Assembly: GCF_964213995.1 (NCBI RefSeq)
Contig: NW_027590191.1
Span: 310,001 to 374,000 of the forward strand
Length of the DNA: 64,000 bases
Direction of reading: 5' to 3'
From: Mustelus asterias
Taxonomy: Eukaryota
Within the stretch, counting starts at the first letter, position 1. Each line of letters starts with the position of its first letter. The notes under the pieces were generated by a model. The model worked only from the letters and a program-made list of their open reading frames with translations. It made no database searches and was not told the origin of the DNA. Made by a program: the position numbers and the translations under genes. Positions 45,798 through 57,428 of this stretch are shown here, one piece after another.

Positions 45798-48725
45798 CTA
45801 TCTATAGCCCTCAATCCCATTAAATCCCATGTACTCATCCAGAAGTCTCTTAAAAGACCCCAACGAGTTTGCCTCCACCACCACCGACGTCAGCCGATTC
45901 CACTCACCCACCACCCTCTGAGTGAAAACCTTACCCCTGACATCCCCCCTGTACCTACCCCCCAGCACCTTAAACCTGTGTCCTCTCGTAGCAACCATTT
46001 CAGCCCTTGGAAATAGCCTCTGAGAGTCCACCCTATCCAGACCCCTCAACATCTTGTAAACCTCTATCAGGTCACCTCTCATCCTTCGTCTCTCCAGGGA
46101 GAAGAGACCAAGCTCCCTCAACCTACCCTCATAAGGCATGCCCCCCAATCCAGGCAACATCCTTGTAAATCTCCTCTGCACCCTTTCAATGGCTTCAACA
46201 TCTTTCCTGTAATGAGGTGACCAGAACTGCGCGCAGTACTCCAAGTGGGGTCTAACCAGGGTCCTATAAAGCTGCAGCATTATCTCCCGACTCCTAAACT
46301 CAATCCCTCGATTAATGAAGGCTAGTACGCCATACGCCTTCTTGACCGCATCCTCCACCTGCGAGGCCGATTTAAGAGTCCTATGGACCCGGACCCCAAG
46401 GTCCTTCTGATCCTCTACACTGCTAAGAATGGTACCCTTCATTTTATACTGCTGCTCCATCCCATTGGATCTGCCAAAATGGATCACTACACACTTATCC
46501 GGGTTGAAGTCCATCTGCCACTTCTCTGCCCAGTCTTGCATTCTATCTATGTCTCGCTGCAACTTCTGACATCCCTCCAAACTATCCACAACACCACCTA
46601 CCTTGGTGTCGTCAGCAAACTTACCAACCCATCCCTCCACTTTCTCATCCAGGTCATTTATGAAAATGACAAACAGCAAGGGTCCCAGAACAGATCCCTG
46701 GGGCACTCCACTGGTCACTGACCTCCATGCAGAGAAAGACCCCTCCACAGCCACTCTCTGCCTTCTGCAGGCAAGCCAGTTCTGGATCCACAAGGCAACA
46801 GCCCCTTGGATCCCATGCCCTCTCACTTTCTCAAGAAGTCTTGCATGGGGGACCTTATCGAACGCTTTGCTGAAGTCCATATAGACCACATCCACCGCTC
46901 TTCCTTCGTCAATGTGCTTGGTCACATTTTCAAAGAACTCAACCAGGCTCGTAAGGCACGACCTGCCCCTGACAAAGCCGTGCTGACTACTTTTGATCAT
47001 ACTAAACTTCTCTAGATGATCATAAATCCTGTCTCTCAGGATCCTCTCCATCAACTTACCAACCACTGAGGTTAGACTCACCGGTCGGTAATTTCCCGGG
47101 CTGTCCCTGTTCCCTTTCTTGAATATAGGGACCACATCCGCAATCCTCCAATCCTCCGGAACCTCTCCCGTCTCCATCGACGATGCAAAGATCATCGCCA
47201 AAGGCTCCGCAATCTCCTCCCTCGCCTCCCACAGTAACCTGGGGTACATCCCATCCGGTCCCGGCGACTTACCAACCTTGATGCCATTCAATAGTTCCAA
47301 CACATCCTCTTTCTTTATGTCCACATGCTCGATCCTTTCTGTCCTCCGCAATCCAGCAGTACAACCACCCAGATCCCTTTCCACCGTGAATACCGAGGTA
47401 AAGTATTCATTAAGCAGCTCCGCCATTTCTAACGGTTCCGCACAAACTTTTCCCCCTTCACCTTTTAAGGGTCCTATGCCTTCACATCTCATCCTTTTAC
47501 TCTTGACATATTTGTAGAAAGCCTTGGGATTCTCCTTAATCTTACCCGCCAAGGTCTTCTCATGACCCCTTCTCGCTCTCCTAATTTCCTTCTTAAGCTC
47601 CTTCCTACATCGCGTATACTCCTCTAAATCCTTAACACCTCCTAGCTCTCTGAACCTTCTGTACGCCTCTCTTTTCTTATTCACCAGGTTCATCACAAGC
47701 TTCGTGCACCACGGTTCCCGTACCCTACCAACACCCCCCTGTCTCATCGGAACGTTGTCATGCAGAGCTCCAGACAAACATTCCTTGAAAATCCTCCACT
47801 TTCCTTCGGTACTTTTCCCCAAGAATGCCTCCTTCCAATTTACCCGTCTAATTTCCTCCCTGATGACACTGTATTTCCCTTTACTCCAGAGAAACACTTT
47901 CCTAGCCTGCCTGACCCTATCTCTTTCCAATGCTATCGTGAAGGAGATAGAATTATGATCGCTATCCCCAAGATGCTCACCCACCGAGAGATCCTCCACC
48001 TGTCCAGGTTCATTAGCCAGCACCAGATCAAGAACAGCCTCTCCTCTAGTAGGCTTATCCACATACTGTGTCAGGAAACTCTCCTGGACACACCTAACAA
48101 ACTCCTCTCCATCCAAACCCCTAGCCCTAGGGATATTCCAATCTATGTTTGGGAAATTAAAATCTCCCATCACGACAACTCTGTTATTCCTACATCTCTC
48201 CAGGATCTGTTTCCCCATCTGCTCCTCAACATCTCTGTTACTATTGGGCGGCCTATAGAAAACACCCAGCAAAGTTACCGACCCCTTCCTGTTCCTAACC
48301 TCCACCCACAGAGATTCCGTAGTCAGTCCCTCCACGGCGTCCACCTTCTCTACAGCCGTGACACTATCCCTGATCAACAGTGCCACTCCCCCCCCTCTCT
48401 TGCCTCCCTCCCTGTCCTTCCTGAAACATCTAAAACCCGGCACCTGAAGCACCCAGTCCTGTCCCTGAGACATCCAAGTCTCCGTAATGGCCACCACATC
48501 ACAATTCGAAGCAGCAATCCACGCTCCAAGCTCATCCACTTTATTCACTACACTCCTGGCATTAAAATAGACACATCTCAGACCTTCAGCCTGAGCACTT
48601 CCCTTCTCCCTCGCTCGTCTAACCTCCCTCTTACCCTGTCTACATTCCTTATCTATTTGCGAGCTAACCTCCTCGCTCTCAGTCCCCTCATTTCGATTCC
48701 CTCCCCCCAACCTTTCTAGTTTAAA
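45798..48725 (-). CDS. CR1 ORF2: APE endonuclease + reverse transcriptase (about 970 aa, no upstream AUG)
   Basis: YFNARS, ITETW, GDFNFP, SDHN, YRPVSLTS, KFADDTK; uninterrupted. Confidence 0.95.
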   Translation of the reverse strand, partial: FKLERLGGGNRNEGTESEEVSSQIDKECRQGKREVRRAREKGSAQAEGLRCVYFNARSVVNKVDELGAWIAASNCDVVAITETWMSQGQDWVLQVPGFRCFRKDREGGKRGGGVALLIRDSVTAVEKVDAVEGLTTESLWVEVRNRKGSVTLLGVFYRPPNSNRDVEEQMGKQILERCRNNRVVVMGDFNFPNIDWNIPRARGLDGEEFVRCVQESFLTQYVDKPTRGEAVLDLVLANEPGQVEDLSVGEHLGDSDHNSISFTIALERDRVRQARKVFLWSKGKYSVIREEIRRVNWKEAFLGKSTEGKWRIFKECLSGALHDNVPMRQGGVGRVREPWCTKLVMNLVNKKREAYRRFRELGGVKDLEEYTRCRKELKKEIRRARRGHEKTLAGKIKENPKAFYKYVKSKRMRCEGIGPLKGEGGKVCAEPLEMAELLNEYFTSVFTVERDLGGCTAGLRRTERIEHVDIKKEDVLELLNGIKVGKSPGPDGMYPRLLWEAREEIAEPLAMIFASSMETGEVPEDWRIADVVPIFKKGNRDSPGNYRPVSLTSVVGKLMERILRDRIYDHLEKFSMIKSSQHGFVRGRSCLTSLVEFFENVTKHIDEGRAVDVVYMDFSKAFDKVPHARLLEKVRGHGIQGAVALWIQNWLACRRQRVAVEGSFSAWRSVTSGVPQGSVLGPLLFVIFINDLDEKVEGWVGKFADDTKVGGVVDSLEGCQKLQRDIDRMQDWAEKWQMDFNPDKCVVIHFGRSNGMEQQYKMKGTILSSVEDQKDLGVRVHRTLKSASQVEDAVKKAYGVLAFINRGIEFRSREIMLQLYRTLVRPHLEYCAQFWSPHYRKDVEAIERVQRRFTRMLPGLGGMPYEGRLRELGLFSLERRRMRGDLIEVYKMLRGLDRVDSQRLFPRAEMVATRGHRFKVLGGRYRGDVRGKVFTQRVVGEWNRLTSVVVEANSLGSFKRLLDEYMGFNGIEGYR

Positions 48726-49633
48726 GTCTCACCAGTAGCCTTAGCCAACCTTCCCGCCAGGGTATTGGTCCCCCTGTGATTCAAGTGCCACCCGTCTTTT
48801 TTAAACAGGTCACACCTGCCCCTAAAGAGGTCCCAATGATCCAAGTACCCAAATCCTTGTCCCTTGCTCCAGTCCCTCAGCCACGCATTAATTCTCCACC
48901 GATTCCTGTTCTCACTCTCCCGCGGCACAGGCAGCAATCCCGAGATTACTACCTTTGCATTCCTCTTTCTCAGCTGTCTACCCAACTCCCTGTATTCTCT
49001 TTTCATGACCCTTTCCCTCTTCCTACCTATGTCAGCAGTACCTATATGCATCACGACCTTGGGCTCCTCTCCCTCCCCCTTCAGGATTTCTGGGACTCGA
49101 CCAGAGACATCCCGGACCCCTGCACCAGGGAGGCAAACCACCATCCGAGAGTCCCGTCTGTGTCCGCAAAAACGCCTATCTGACCCTCTCACCGTAGAGT
49201 CCCCAATTAGCACTACCCTCCTTTCCTTACCCCTTTGCACTACTGGGCCAGGCTCAGCTCCAGAGACACTGCCACCGCTGCTTCCCCCAGGTGGGCTGTC
49301 CACCCCAGTAGTACTCAGACAGGAGTACTTATTATTAAGGGGCACATCCACCGGGGTGCTCACCATCACCCGAGCTTTCTCCTTCCTCACTGTTACCCAG
49401 TTACCCTCCTCCCGTGGTCCCGGTGTGACCACCTGCCGATAGCTCCTGTCAATGACCTCCTCACTATCCCTAACCCGGCGAAGGTCCTCGAGCTGCAATT
49501 CCAGTTCCCTAACATGGTCCCTTCGGAACCGCAGCTCAACACACCCAGCACAGATATGGTCGTCTGGGAGGCTAGGAGCCTCCAGGACCTCCCACATCCT
49601 ACATTGGGAACAACATACTGGCCTGACAGTCAT
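48716..49633 (-). CDS. CR1 ORF1: zinc-finger/leucine-zipper + SGNH/GDSL esterase
   Basis: CSQC...CAGC, coiled coil, LIGDSTVR, HIGTADIG, DGWHLN; first ATG at 49633. Confidence 0.92.
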   Translation of the reverse strand: MTVRPVCCSQCRMWEVLEAPSLPDDHICAGCVELRFRRDHVRELELQLEDLRRVRDSEEVIDRSYRQVVTPGPREEGNWVTVRKEKARVMVSTPVDVPLNNKYSCLSTTGVDSPPGGSSGGSVSGAEPGPVVQRGKERRVVLIGDSTVRGSDRRFCGHRRDSRMVVCLPGAGVRDVSGRVPEILKGEGEEPKVVMHIGTADIGRKRERVMKREYRELGRQLRKRNAKVVISGLLPVPRESENRNRWRINAWLRDWSKGQGFGYLDHWDLFRGRCDLFKKDGWHLNHRGTNTLAGRLAKATGETLN

Positions 49634-51339
49634 ACTTGCCCTTTTAAACACAGGGAAAAAAGTGAATGAAGATTATTCCTCTCTGTTCCAAATTATTTCT
49701 ACCAAGGTACCCGGAGAAAAGTAACTTATAAATAAATTTTTTTAAAAATAAGAAACTCACCCCTGCTCGCCCTTTCTGCCTGAGCCCGATGAGCCAAAGC
49801 CCCTCAGTTCTCACTCAGCTCCCTCTCACTCCGCTGCCCGCTCCCAACGCTGCCCGCTAGATAGTGGGACCTGCCTTTTAAACCTCCTGTGCACTAAAAA
49901 AAAAACTCAAGAGACCCTTCCCAGTAAACCCCGCGGCCACTGCCGGTTGCGCGCCAAAATTTAAAACTAAATTAAATAAATAAATAACACCCGCGGAAAA
50001 GTACTTAAAACTAATTCTTACCCCAAAAATCCTGTCACCAGTCACAGCTCTGCCTTTCTCCACAGCAACAAGATTGAACTGAGAACATTTATCACAGTTT
50101 CTGACGCGCCTACTTGGATCGCACAGTACGTGTTCATTTCGATAAATAGATGAACTGAATGAAGTCACAACTCCACATGTGGCAATTTTGTGTTGTTCAT
50201 TTCGGAAGAATGGAAGTTCCGAAAGCTCCTTAACATCAAACATAGATGCCGACCAAATAGCAATAAGCCAATTTACCAAAGAGCGATTTTTGTTTCTCAC
50301 AGTGGTTTACATTAGAAATAATAGCGACCAGACGGACTAACCGGATTTCCTTCCAACCGTTTCCAAACTTCCTTGATTGGGAACAAATCTGTCAGACCAT
50401 TTCTGGACTTTCCCTCCCCTGGTGAAACGGTTTCCATTGTTGAAGCGTCTGTTCGGGATTACCATCTCCCCACCCTGCTTCATCTCGCTCGGTCTCTCCT
50501 GTCTTTGATCTTAACCAGAAACGAAAGAAGATTCAGGAAACCGAACCAACTGCTTGAACTGTGCACTCAGCAATGATGTGTGTAGATTTATTCATGTGTT
50601 CTATAATCCATGTGACTGATGATAAATATTGGATTTTTAAACTGTTTCACAAGAACAATAATAGACCCTCATTTTCTGCATCTAAGCCCTGGATTATTTT
50701 TCCTTCTTGTCTCCTCTAAATTAATATTTCGTTCTCAGTTTCTTTCGCTTCTCCACTATACAGTTTGCATATTTATATTTCTCGGAAAAAAGATACGGCG
50801 GTTTTTGGTTGTACTTCAGACAGAGCAGAATATTATGGGTGTCCTCCACCAGTCCCGTAGCATCAGAGGAAAATACACTGACAAGACACGCTGTGAATTT
50901 GCACTATTTTATGTTTTTTTTTTCAGGCCAACCATTAGTTCAACGAAGATAAACGCATTAATGCATTGAGAGCAGCCTGGTGTCCCCAGGGAGTGAGTGT
51001 TGGGGAAGAGAGATCACTGCGCTAAATATCGTTTAAATTGGTTATGGAAATTACAGGAAATAATCCAAAGAAAAAATAAGTAAGAATGGATCCGTCCCCA
51101 ACACACCCATTCCCAGTTACCCCATTCTTTTACCATGACCAATCCACCTCGGCTTTGAATGGTCCTACTTTATATAAAGCTGTCCTTTCTCTTCATCCTA
51201 GCTATGACTGTTACACGATATTCTGCACCCTCTCCTTTCATTTCCACCCCCCGCCCCCTCTACACTATGAAAAAGGCATGCTTTGGCGGTATAGCACCAG
51301 ACACAGTGCTTTCACATTGGAACCCGCACACTGGTTCTG

Positions 51340-51480
51340 GGACTTGCCCTGCCAATCGGTCCTCACTTAGGGCACTAATGTCAATGTTGAAACGCCTGAG
51401 CTCCCAGGCAATGTCAGCACAACACCATTCCGGTCTGTCCCTGTTGGGATTGTCCATGAGGGCCCTGACATTTCAGATCC
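51340..51480 (-). mobile_element. RTE-clade LINE endonuclease N-terminal fragment
   Basis: NVRALMDNPNRDRPE...ELRRFNIDISALSE. Confidence 0.65.
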
Positions 51481-51736
51481 AAAGCTTATTTCATTTTTGC
51501 AAAAATGTACTTCATTTGTAAAATATCTGGAAGAAGATTACAAACATTTCAAACTGGCCATCACGCGAAGTATAATAATATAAAGTTTCTATACATATAT
51601 CATATTGCAATCTGAGCTGCTTCAATACAGTCAAATAAATATTGCTGACATTGCAAAATGGTCATTACGAATGGTACAAAGGTATTTCAGTTTTTTACAC
51701 TCTGTTCTAGATGGTGGTGATTACCCCCGTGTTCTC

Positions 51737-53320
51737 TTGATTTGATTTGGTATGATTATTATTGTCACTTGTAATAGCATGCAGTGAAAAGTATTGTTTC
51801 TTTCGCACTATACAGACAAAGCAAACCGTTCATAGAGAAGGAAGCAAGAGTGTGCAGATTGTAGTATTATAGTCATAGCAAGGGTGTAGAGAAAGATCAA
51901 CTTAATGCAAGTTCAGTCCATTCACAAATCTGACAGCAGCAGGGAAGAAGCTGTTCTTGAGTCAGTTGGTACGTGACCTCAGACTTTTGTATCTTATTCA
52001 CGACGGAAGAAGGTGGAAGAGCGAATGTCCGGGATGCCTGTGGTCCTTAGTTATGCTGTCTGCTTTGCCAAGGTAGCAGGAAGCGTAAACAGAGTCAATG
52101 GATGGGAGGCTGGTTTGCGTCATGGACTGGCTACATTCAAAAACTTTTGCAGGTTCTTGCGGTCTTGGGCAGAGCAGGAGCCATACCAAGCTGTGATACA
52201 ATCCGAAATAATGCTTTCTATGGTGCATCTCTAAACGTTGGTGAGAGTTGTAGCTGACATGCCAAATTTCCTTAGTCTTCTGAGAAAGTAAAGGCGCGTA
52301 TTTCGTAACTGCAGTGTCAGCATGGAAGGACCAGGACAGTTTGTTTATGACCGAGACACCTAGAAACTTGAAGCTCTCGACACTTTTCTATTTCATCCCC
52401 ATTCATGTAGACAGGGGCATGTTCTCCTCTACGCTTCCTGAAGTCGATGACAATCGCCTTCATTTTGTAAACATTGAGGGAGAGATTATTGTCACCGCAC
52501 CAGTTCACCAGATTATCTATCACATTCCTGTACTCTGTCGCGTCATTGTTTGAGATCCAGCCCATTGTGGTGGTGCCGTCAGCAAACTTGAAAATCGAGT
52601 TGGAGGGGAAGTTATCCACACAGTCATCGGTGTATAAGAAGTATAGTGAGGGGCAGAGAACACAGCCTTGTTGGGCACCGGTGTTGAGGATGATTATGGA
52701 GGTGGTGTTGTTGCCCAGCTTTACAGATTGTGGCCTGTGCGTTAGGAAGTTCAGGATCCAGTTGCAGAGGAGGAGCCGAGGCCCAGGCCACGGAGTCTGG
52801 AGAAGTGTTTCGTGGGAATAATGGTGTTGAAGGCTGAGCTGCAGTCAATAAATAGGAGTCTGACATAGCTGTCTTTGTTATCCAGGTGTTCCAGGACCAG
52901 AGAGATGCCGTCTGCTGTGTACCTGTTGCGGCGGTAGGCAAACTGTAGTGGATCCAGGTAGTCCGGGAGGCTGGAATTGATTCCTGCCACGACTAGCCCT
53001 TCTGAACACTTCAAAATGATGGATGTCGGAGCCACTGGACGATAATCATTGAGGCACGCTGCTTGGTTTTTCTCAGGTATCGGGATGATGGTTGTCTTCT
53101 TGTGGCAGATAGGGACTTCAGATTGCTGTACAAAGAGGTTGAAGATGCCTGAGAATACCCCCAAAGATCAATCCCGGTTCAAGCTGATTCGCGCAGGATC
53201 TGAGTGCTCGTCCGGGATCCCCATCAGGGCCAGTCGCTTTCCGTGGGTTGACCTTCGAGAAAGCTACTCTGACATCTGCAATGGTGACCTCAGATACAGG
53301 TTCATCCAAGGCTTCTAGGT
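51737..53320 (-). mobile_element. Rex1/Babar LINE, 5'-truncated and frameshifted
   Basis: KATGPDG, LNDYRPVA, DPLQFAYR, VRLLFIDCSSAFNTIIP, KFADGT, HPGHSLFHLLPS; (aaatc)n-like tail. Confidence 0.9.
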
Positions 53321-53334
53321 GGAGGGAACGCATT

Positions 53335-53403
53335 GTTTCTGTAGTGCAGTGATTATCACATTCACCAAATGAAAGTTTCCCGTTTCGAAAGCGGGCAGAA
53401 ACA
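53335..53403 (+). pseudogene. tRNA-Val pseudogene (anticodon arm deleted)
   Basis: gtttctgtagtgcagtgattatcacattc...ttcgaaagcgggcagaaaca. Confidence 0.6.
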
Positions 53404-54313
53404 TGTGTGAATGCTTTTAACCTCAGAGTGAGGAAAAGAACAATAATTCACGTTTACTTTTGAATATTAACTGAATACTTGATCTTACACTGTGTTACAT
53501 TTACCCTTCCCCTTCACAGTTCTGCACACGTTCAAACTGACACAAAGTTTTTCACTGACTCTCGTTTCCAGCTGTGACCATTCAGAAAGTTTCCCTCAAA
53601 CCTGCACATTCCGGCTGATTGCAGTTGATTTGTGTCGGATTATTAAAGTCTCCTGCAGCAACACCTCAGTTAATAACAGTCACTGGAAGCCCCATTTCAG
53701 ACGGGGAAACACGCCCAACAAAGATGTTCTCTTCTCCGGTTCCACAGTGGGACAGGGACACGAGCAGGATTTTACCCCGCACTCTCCAATCACCCGCTGC
53801 CAGCAGAAATTCGCGACTGCAGATGCATCTGTACGTTGTTTTAAACTCAGAATGTGGATCAATCATTTATTGTTGAAAATTAACTGAATGCAGTATTTTG
53901 CCCTTAATGTTGCATTTCCCCATCCCTCTGCAGTTCTGTGTCCACTCAAACCCAATATTTTTAACTCAGACCCGTTTCCAGCTCTGACAGTTCAGAAAGC
54001 TCATCTCAAACATGCACATTCCGGCTCCTTCTTTCGTTCGTTCGTGGGACATACGAGTCATTGACCAGTATTGATCGTCCGTCACTAGTTGAGAAGCAAC
54101 TTTGCTGTGGCTCTGGAGTCACGTGTAGGCCAGACCAGCACATTCACTCCACTAAAGGGCATTAGTGAATCGTGCTTTTCCAACAAGGGACAGTGGTTGC
54201 ATGGTCATCAGTGGATTATTAATTTCAACCTTCTTTATTTTATTTAACTTCCACCAGCTGTCGTTGCGATCCCCAGAATAATACCACTGGGTCATTATCT
54301 CACCTGAAGCATC

Positions 54314-54407
54314 TGCGTCCGGGGAAACTCGAACTCAGAACCTCGGAATAACCCGCTGACTTCACTGCTGAAAAAGTACCGCGAGCTAACGGTTGCGCCA
54401 CTGGAGC
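54314..54407 (-). pseudogene. tRNA-Ile(TAT) pseudogene, intron-containing paralog of 38214-38308
   Basis: Reverse complement GCTCCAGTGGCGCAACCGTTAGCTCGCGGTACTTTTTCAGCAGTG... Confidence 0.75.
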
Positions 54408-54728
54408 ACTGTTTTCGACTGATTTGCGTCCGGTTATTAATGGCTTCAGCAGTTTCATCTCCGTTAACAGTCACGCAAAGTCATATTTCAGTCTGGGAAT
54501 CAAACCATCAATGATTCGCTCTTCCACGTCTCCACAGAGAGTGAGACAGGCAGAAGCAGCAGGATATCAGTCCGCATTCTCCAATCACCCAATCGTTACC
54601 AGCAGAAAATGACGACTGCAGCTTCAATCAGCGGGTTGCTGCCCATCCCTGGGACACAAGACTCAACCCAATTCAAACCTCCCAATACACCGAACACACG
54701 CTCAGCAAAAAATACATAGATTATACCC

Positions 54729-55413
54729 TGTTGTAGGTAAAAATACCTCTGAGTCTATTCGTCGATCAAAATACAGTGGTTCATTTGCACAATTGTGGGA
54801 GACTGTCCGATACCTAACATGGCCTCAGACTTTTCAGCAAATACAGGTTAAAAACATATATTTATACCCTCCCTGTCAGGTCCGCAATTTCCCAGGCCTC
54901 ACACGTTCCCAGGCTGTGGCTTGTCTTCCATCGTGTGAACCGTGCTGCCTTGGCAGTTTCTTCGCGGTTGTCTTAAGGCCGTCACTGTTGTTCTCTGAAC
55001 ACAGGTGGGTTATCTTACTAATGTACAAGGTTATAGTCTCGCACAAACAAGTTAACGGGCATGCAACAATTTATATATGTTCGTAGGTGCTTGTATAATG
55101 TATATCGGTACAGGTTATGATGAATATATATGAATGTATCATTATACAATCACAGAAGGCCTACATGTAGGCTTCTACTGTTACACAGCGGTACATATTA
55201 GGCTGGGTTAGCCACATTCCGGAACAGATTAGCCGGGCACAACATATTCTTGTATACCACAGCTGCTACCCTTATCTGTGCTTGGATACATGAGCATGAA
55301 AACACCCTAATGTAAACATGAGTTCTACAGTGTTTCTCACACAATCTCTAAATAGCACAGAATTCACTTTGGCACTTTGAGTATTAGAATTCATTAACCC
55401 ATTCCCGTCTTCA
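54729..55413 (-). repeat. Putative ERV 3' LTR (about 685 bp)
   Basis: Minus strand begins TG directly after a polypurine tract (GGGGGGGAG) and ends ...CAACA. Confidence 0.6.
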
Positions 55414-55569
55414 CTCCCCCCCGATTGGTCAGGTGCCAGGTGGTCCACACATGGCCACATGACCAATTTAGAATCAAAAGTTACCAGCATATGGGCCCAG
55501 CTCCTTGTTCCGGAGGTCTGCCCCCTCTGCCTGTATAATGTATAATTATAATAAGAATTATAATTCGGG

Positions 55570-56900
55570 CTGTTGCCGTTTTACAGCAGGTGTTCAATCA
55601 TGCCATACAAACATAGCAAACAATTACAATTACAATTAATACAATCAATCCATGCATCAGCTATGCACCCCACGACCCAAACCATTGCCCCAACCATCCC
55701 GGAGGGTTCTAATTGTGATACTGGCTCCCCTCATCCTGTATTGTTTCTGCCGCGTGTTTAATATGATCTGCTAAGCGAGATATATTCTCCAAAGCATCGG
55801 GAATGTACGTACAGCATTCCGAGCCAACTGTGGCATATGTTCCTCCCTGGGAGGCTACCACATAATCGAGTGCCAATCGGTTCTGTGCTGCCACAGTGTG
55901 AATAGCTACGACCTCTGCTGATATCTCAGAGACGGCCGTGCTCACCTCCTCGAACCCATCCTTAGTCTCATTCGCAATTCTCTCTAAGGTCGAGGCCATT
56001 CGTATAAGTTCTTGGGCTGCCTTTGCTGTCCCATAAAGTGGGTAGGCTATCATGAAGAACCATTCTGTCTCACTAATGGCTCGCCTAGCCGTAAGCAGGT
56101 GTATCTCGGTGTGGTCCCGTAAGTCAGTGTAATGGTGAATATGAGGCACCGCATATGCCAAATAACACGATCCTGCCCAATTCCAGGGAAGGCATGGATA
56201 GGCATTGCTTCCACAGATAAAATAGGTACCATTATATGCAGTCATCGTGCTTACATAAGCGCGGAGAGACTAACCGGGATGATGGCTTTGGGGCACTGGA
56301 TTGTGACCTGTACCATGGCCCAAGCGTCATTAGTGATATCAATCTGCTATATACAGTAGCTACGGTCAACAGGTATGGTTCCATTTCTTATCAGGCTGAT
56401 AGATCCCCTTTGTTTATTTTTCACAACGAAGTAGGGTGGGGATTCTGATCTGTCATAGCTGGGCTGGTAATGTTTCTTAAAGGTCGATCAAGTACACCCT
56501 CCGCCCCCTAGCTTTAACACAACATCACTGTTGCTAACATTAAACGTACCCTGCATCGTGGTACCCAATGGGGTTTTGAATGTCAGTTTCCTTGTCCCTT
56601 TCTGGGTTCCATTCTGATTTAAAACCCATTCAATTACTTCCGGAGCTGATAAAGGGATAGGGCTTAAAGGAATTCCTCCCTTTCTTCCGTGCGTGGGAAT
56701 GTGTGAACAGACCCAGTACTTGCTCAGATCCGATTGTGATGCATACAGATAAGACATATACACAAAGGTGTTCATACAATAGACAGAGTCATCATTACAG
56801 AGATGTTCACTGTGTCCCATCCCTAAATTCTCATAGTTCCATCTATACTTTCCCGCTACGGCTAACAGGGCCAGGGTCGTGAGAAGCAGCATGAAAATCA
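55570..56900 (-). pseudogene. env: ERV env remnant (SU 56488-56922; TM 55709-56245)
   Basis: Signal peptide MIFMLLLTTLALLAVAG; WVCSHIP; CLPWNWAGSC; ARR-AI cleavage-like site; ISD QNRLALD; CX6CC remnant TYATVGSECC. Confidence 0.85.
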
Positions 56901-57039
56901 TCTTATCTCTTACTAATAACACGCGCGACCGTTATACAATGGTCCAAAGGCTATACCGCCCGCGCGCAACTGTCCACAAACCCGTTCAGCTTGCTTGAAG
57001 GTCAGTCGTTGTCTGTACATTCCTGCAATGGGAGTATAT

Positions 57040-57428
57040 CACATATTTTCCCAATTAGTTTCAGCATATTCTTTCAACTGAGTTTAATGCTTAATATTGC
57101 ATATACTTATCACTCATATCTTTACAGGCACAAGTCTCTCCACTAATTACAACTTCATACAGCCCATCCCATTTTCGTGCAAACCCTGATTTGTCAGGTA
57201 GTGTTTTCACGAGGACGTCCCACTGTTGGGACGTCAGGGAGCATTTCAAGCTCTCTCTGCGTCTCTTATCTCCTCATTGTCTTGTACCAATTTGCGCATC
57301 CCTTTTAGTTGGGTGCTGAGTTCCAAAACATATCTCCTGATTTTATCTTTCAGTGGACTTACATCGGTCCCACCTGTTATGATGCTGTCTGGTAATTGCA
57401 TCACCTGTCCTGTTATTAGCTCATAAGG
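57040..57428 (-). pseudogene. pol: ERV integrase C-terminal remnant, copy B
   Basis: PYELITGQVMQLPDSIITGG...KTLPDKSGFARKWDGLYEV (GPY/F-like). Confidence 0.75.

Larger units (their letters stand above)
45715..50069 (-). mobile_element. Full-length CR1 LINE with two open ORFs
   Basis: 5'UTR, ORF1, ORF2 and (ttctatg)n tail; ends placed by comparison with the empty site at about 14450. Confidence 0.95.

Noticed and set aside
46383-49724. Long + strand ORFs (for example 47760-48719, 319 aa)
   Set aside because: Antisense shadows of CR1 ORF1/ORF2.
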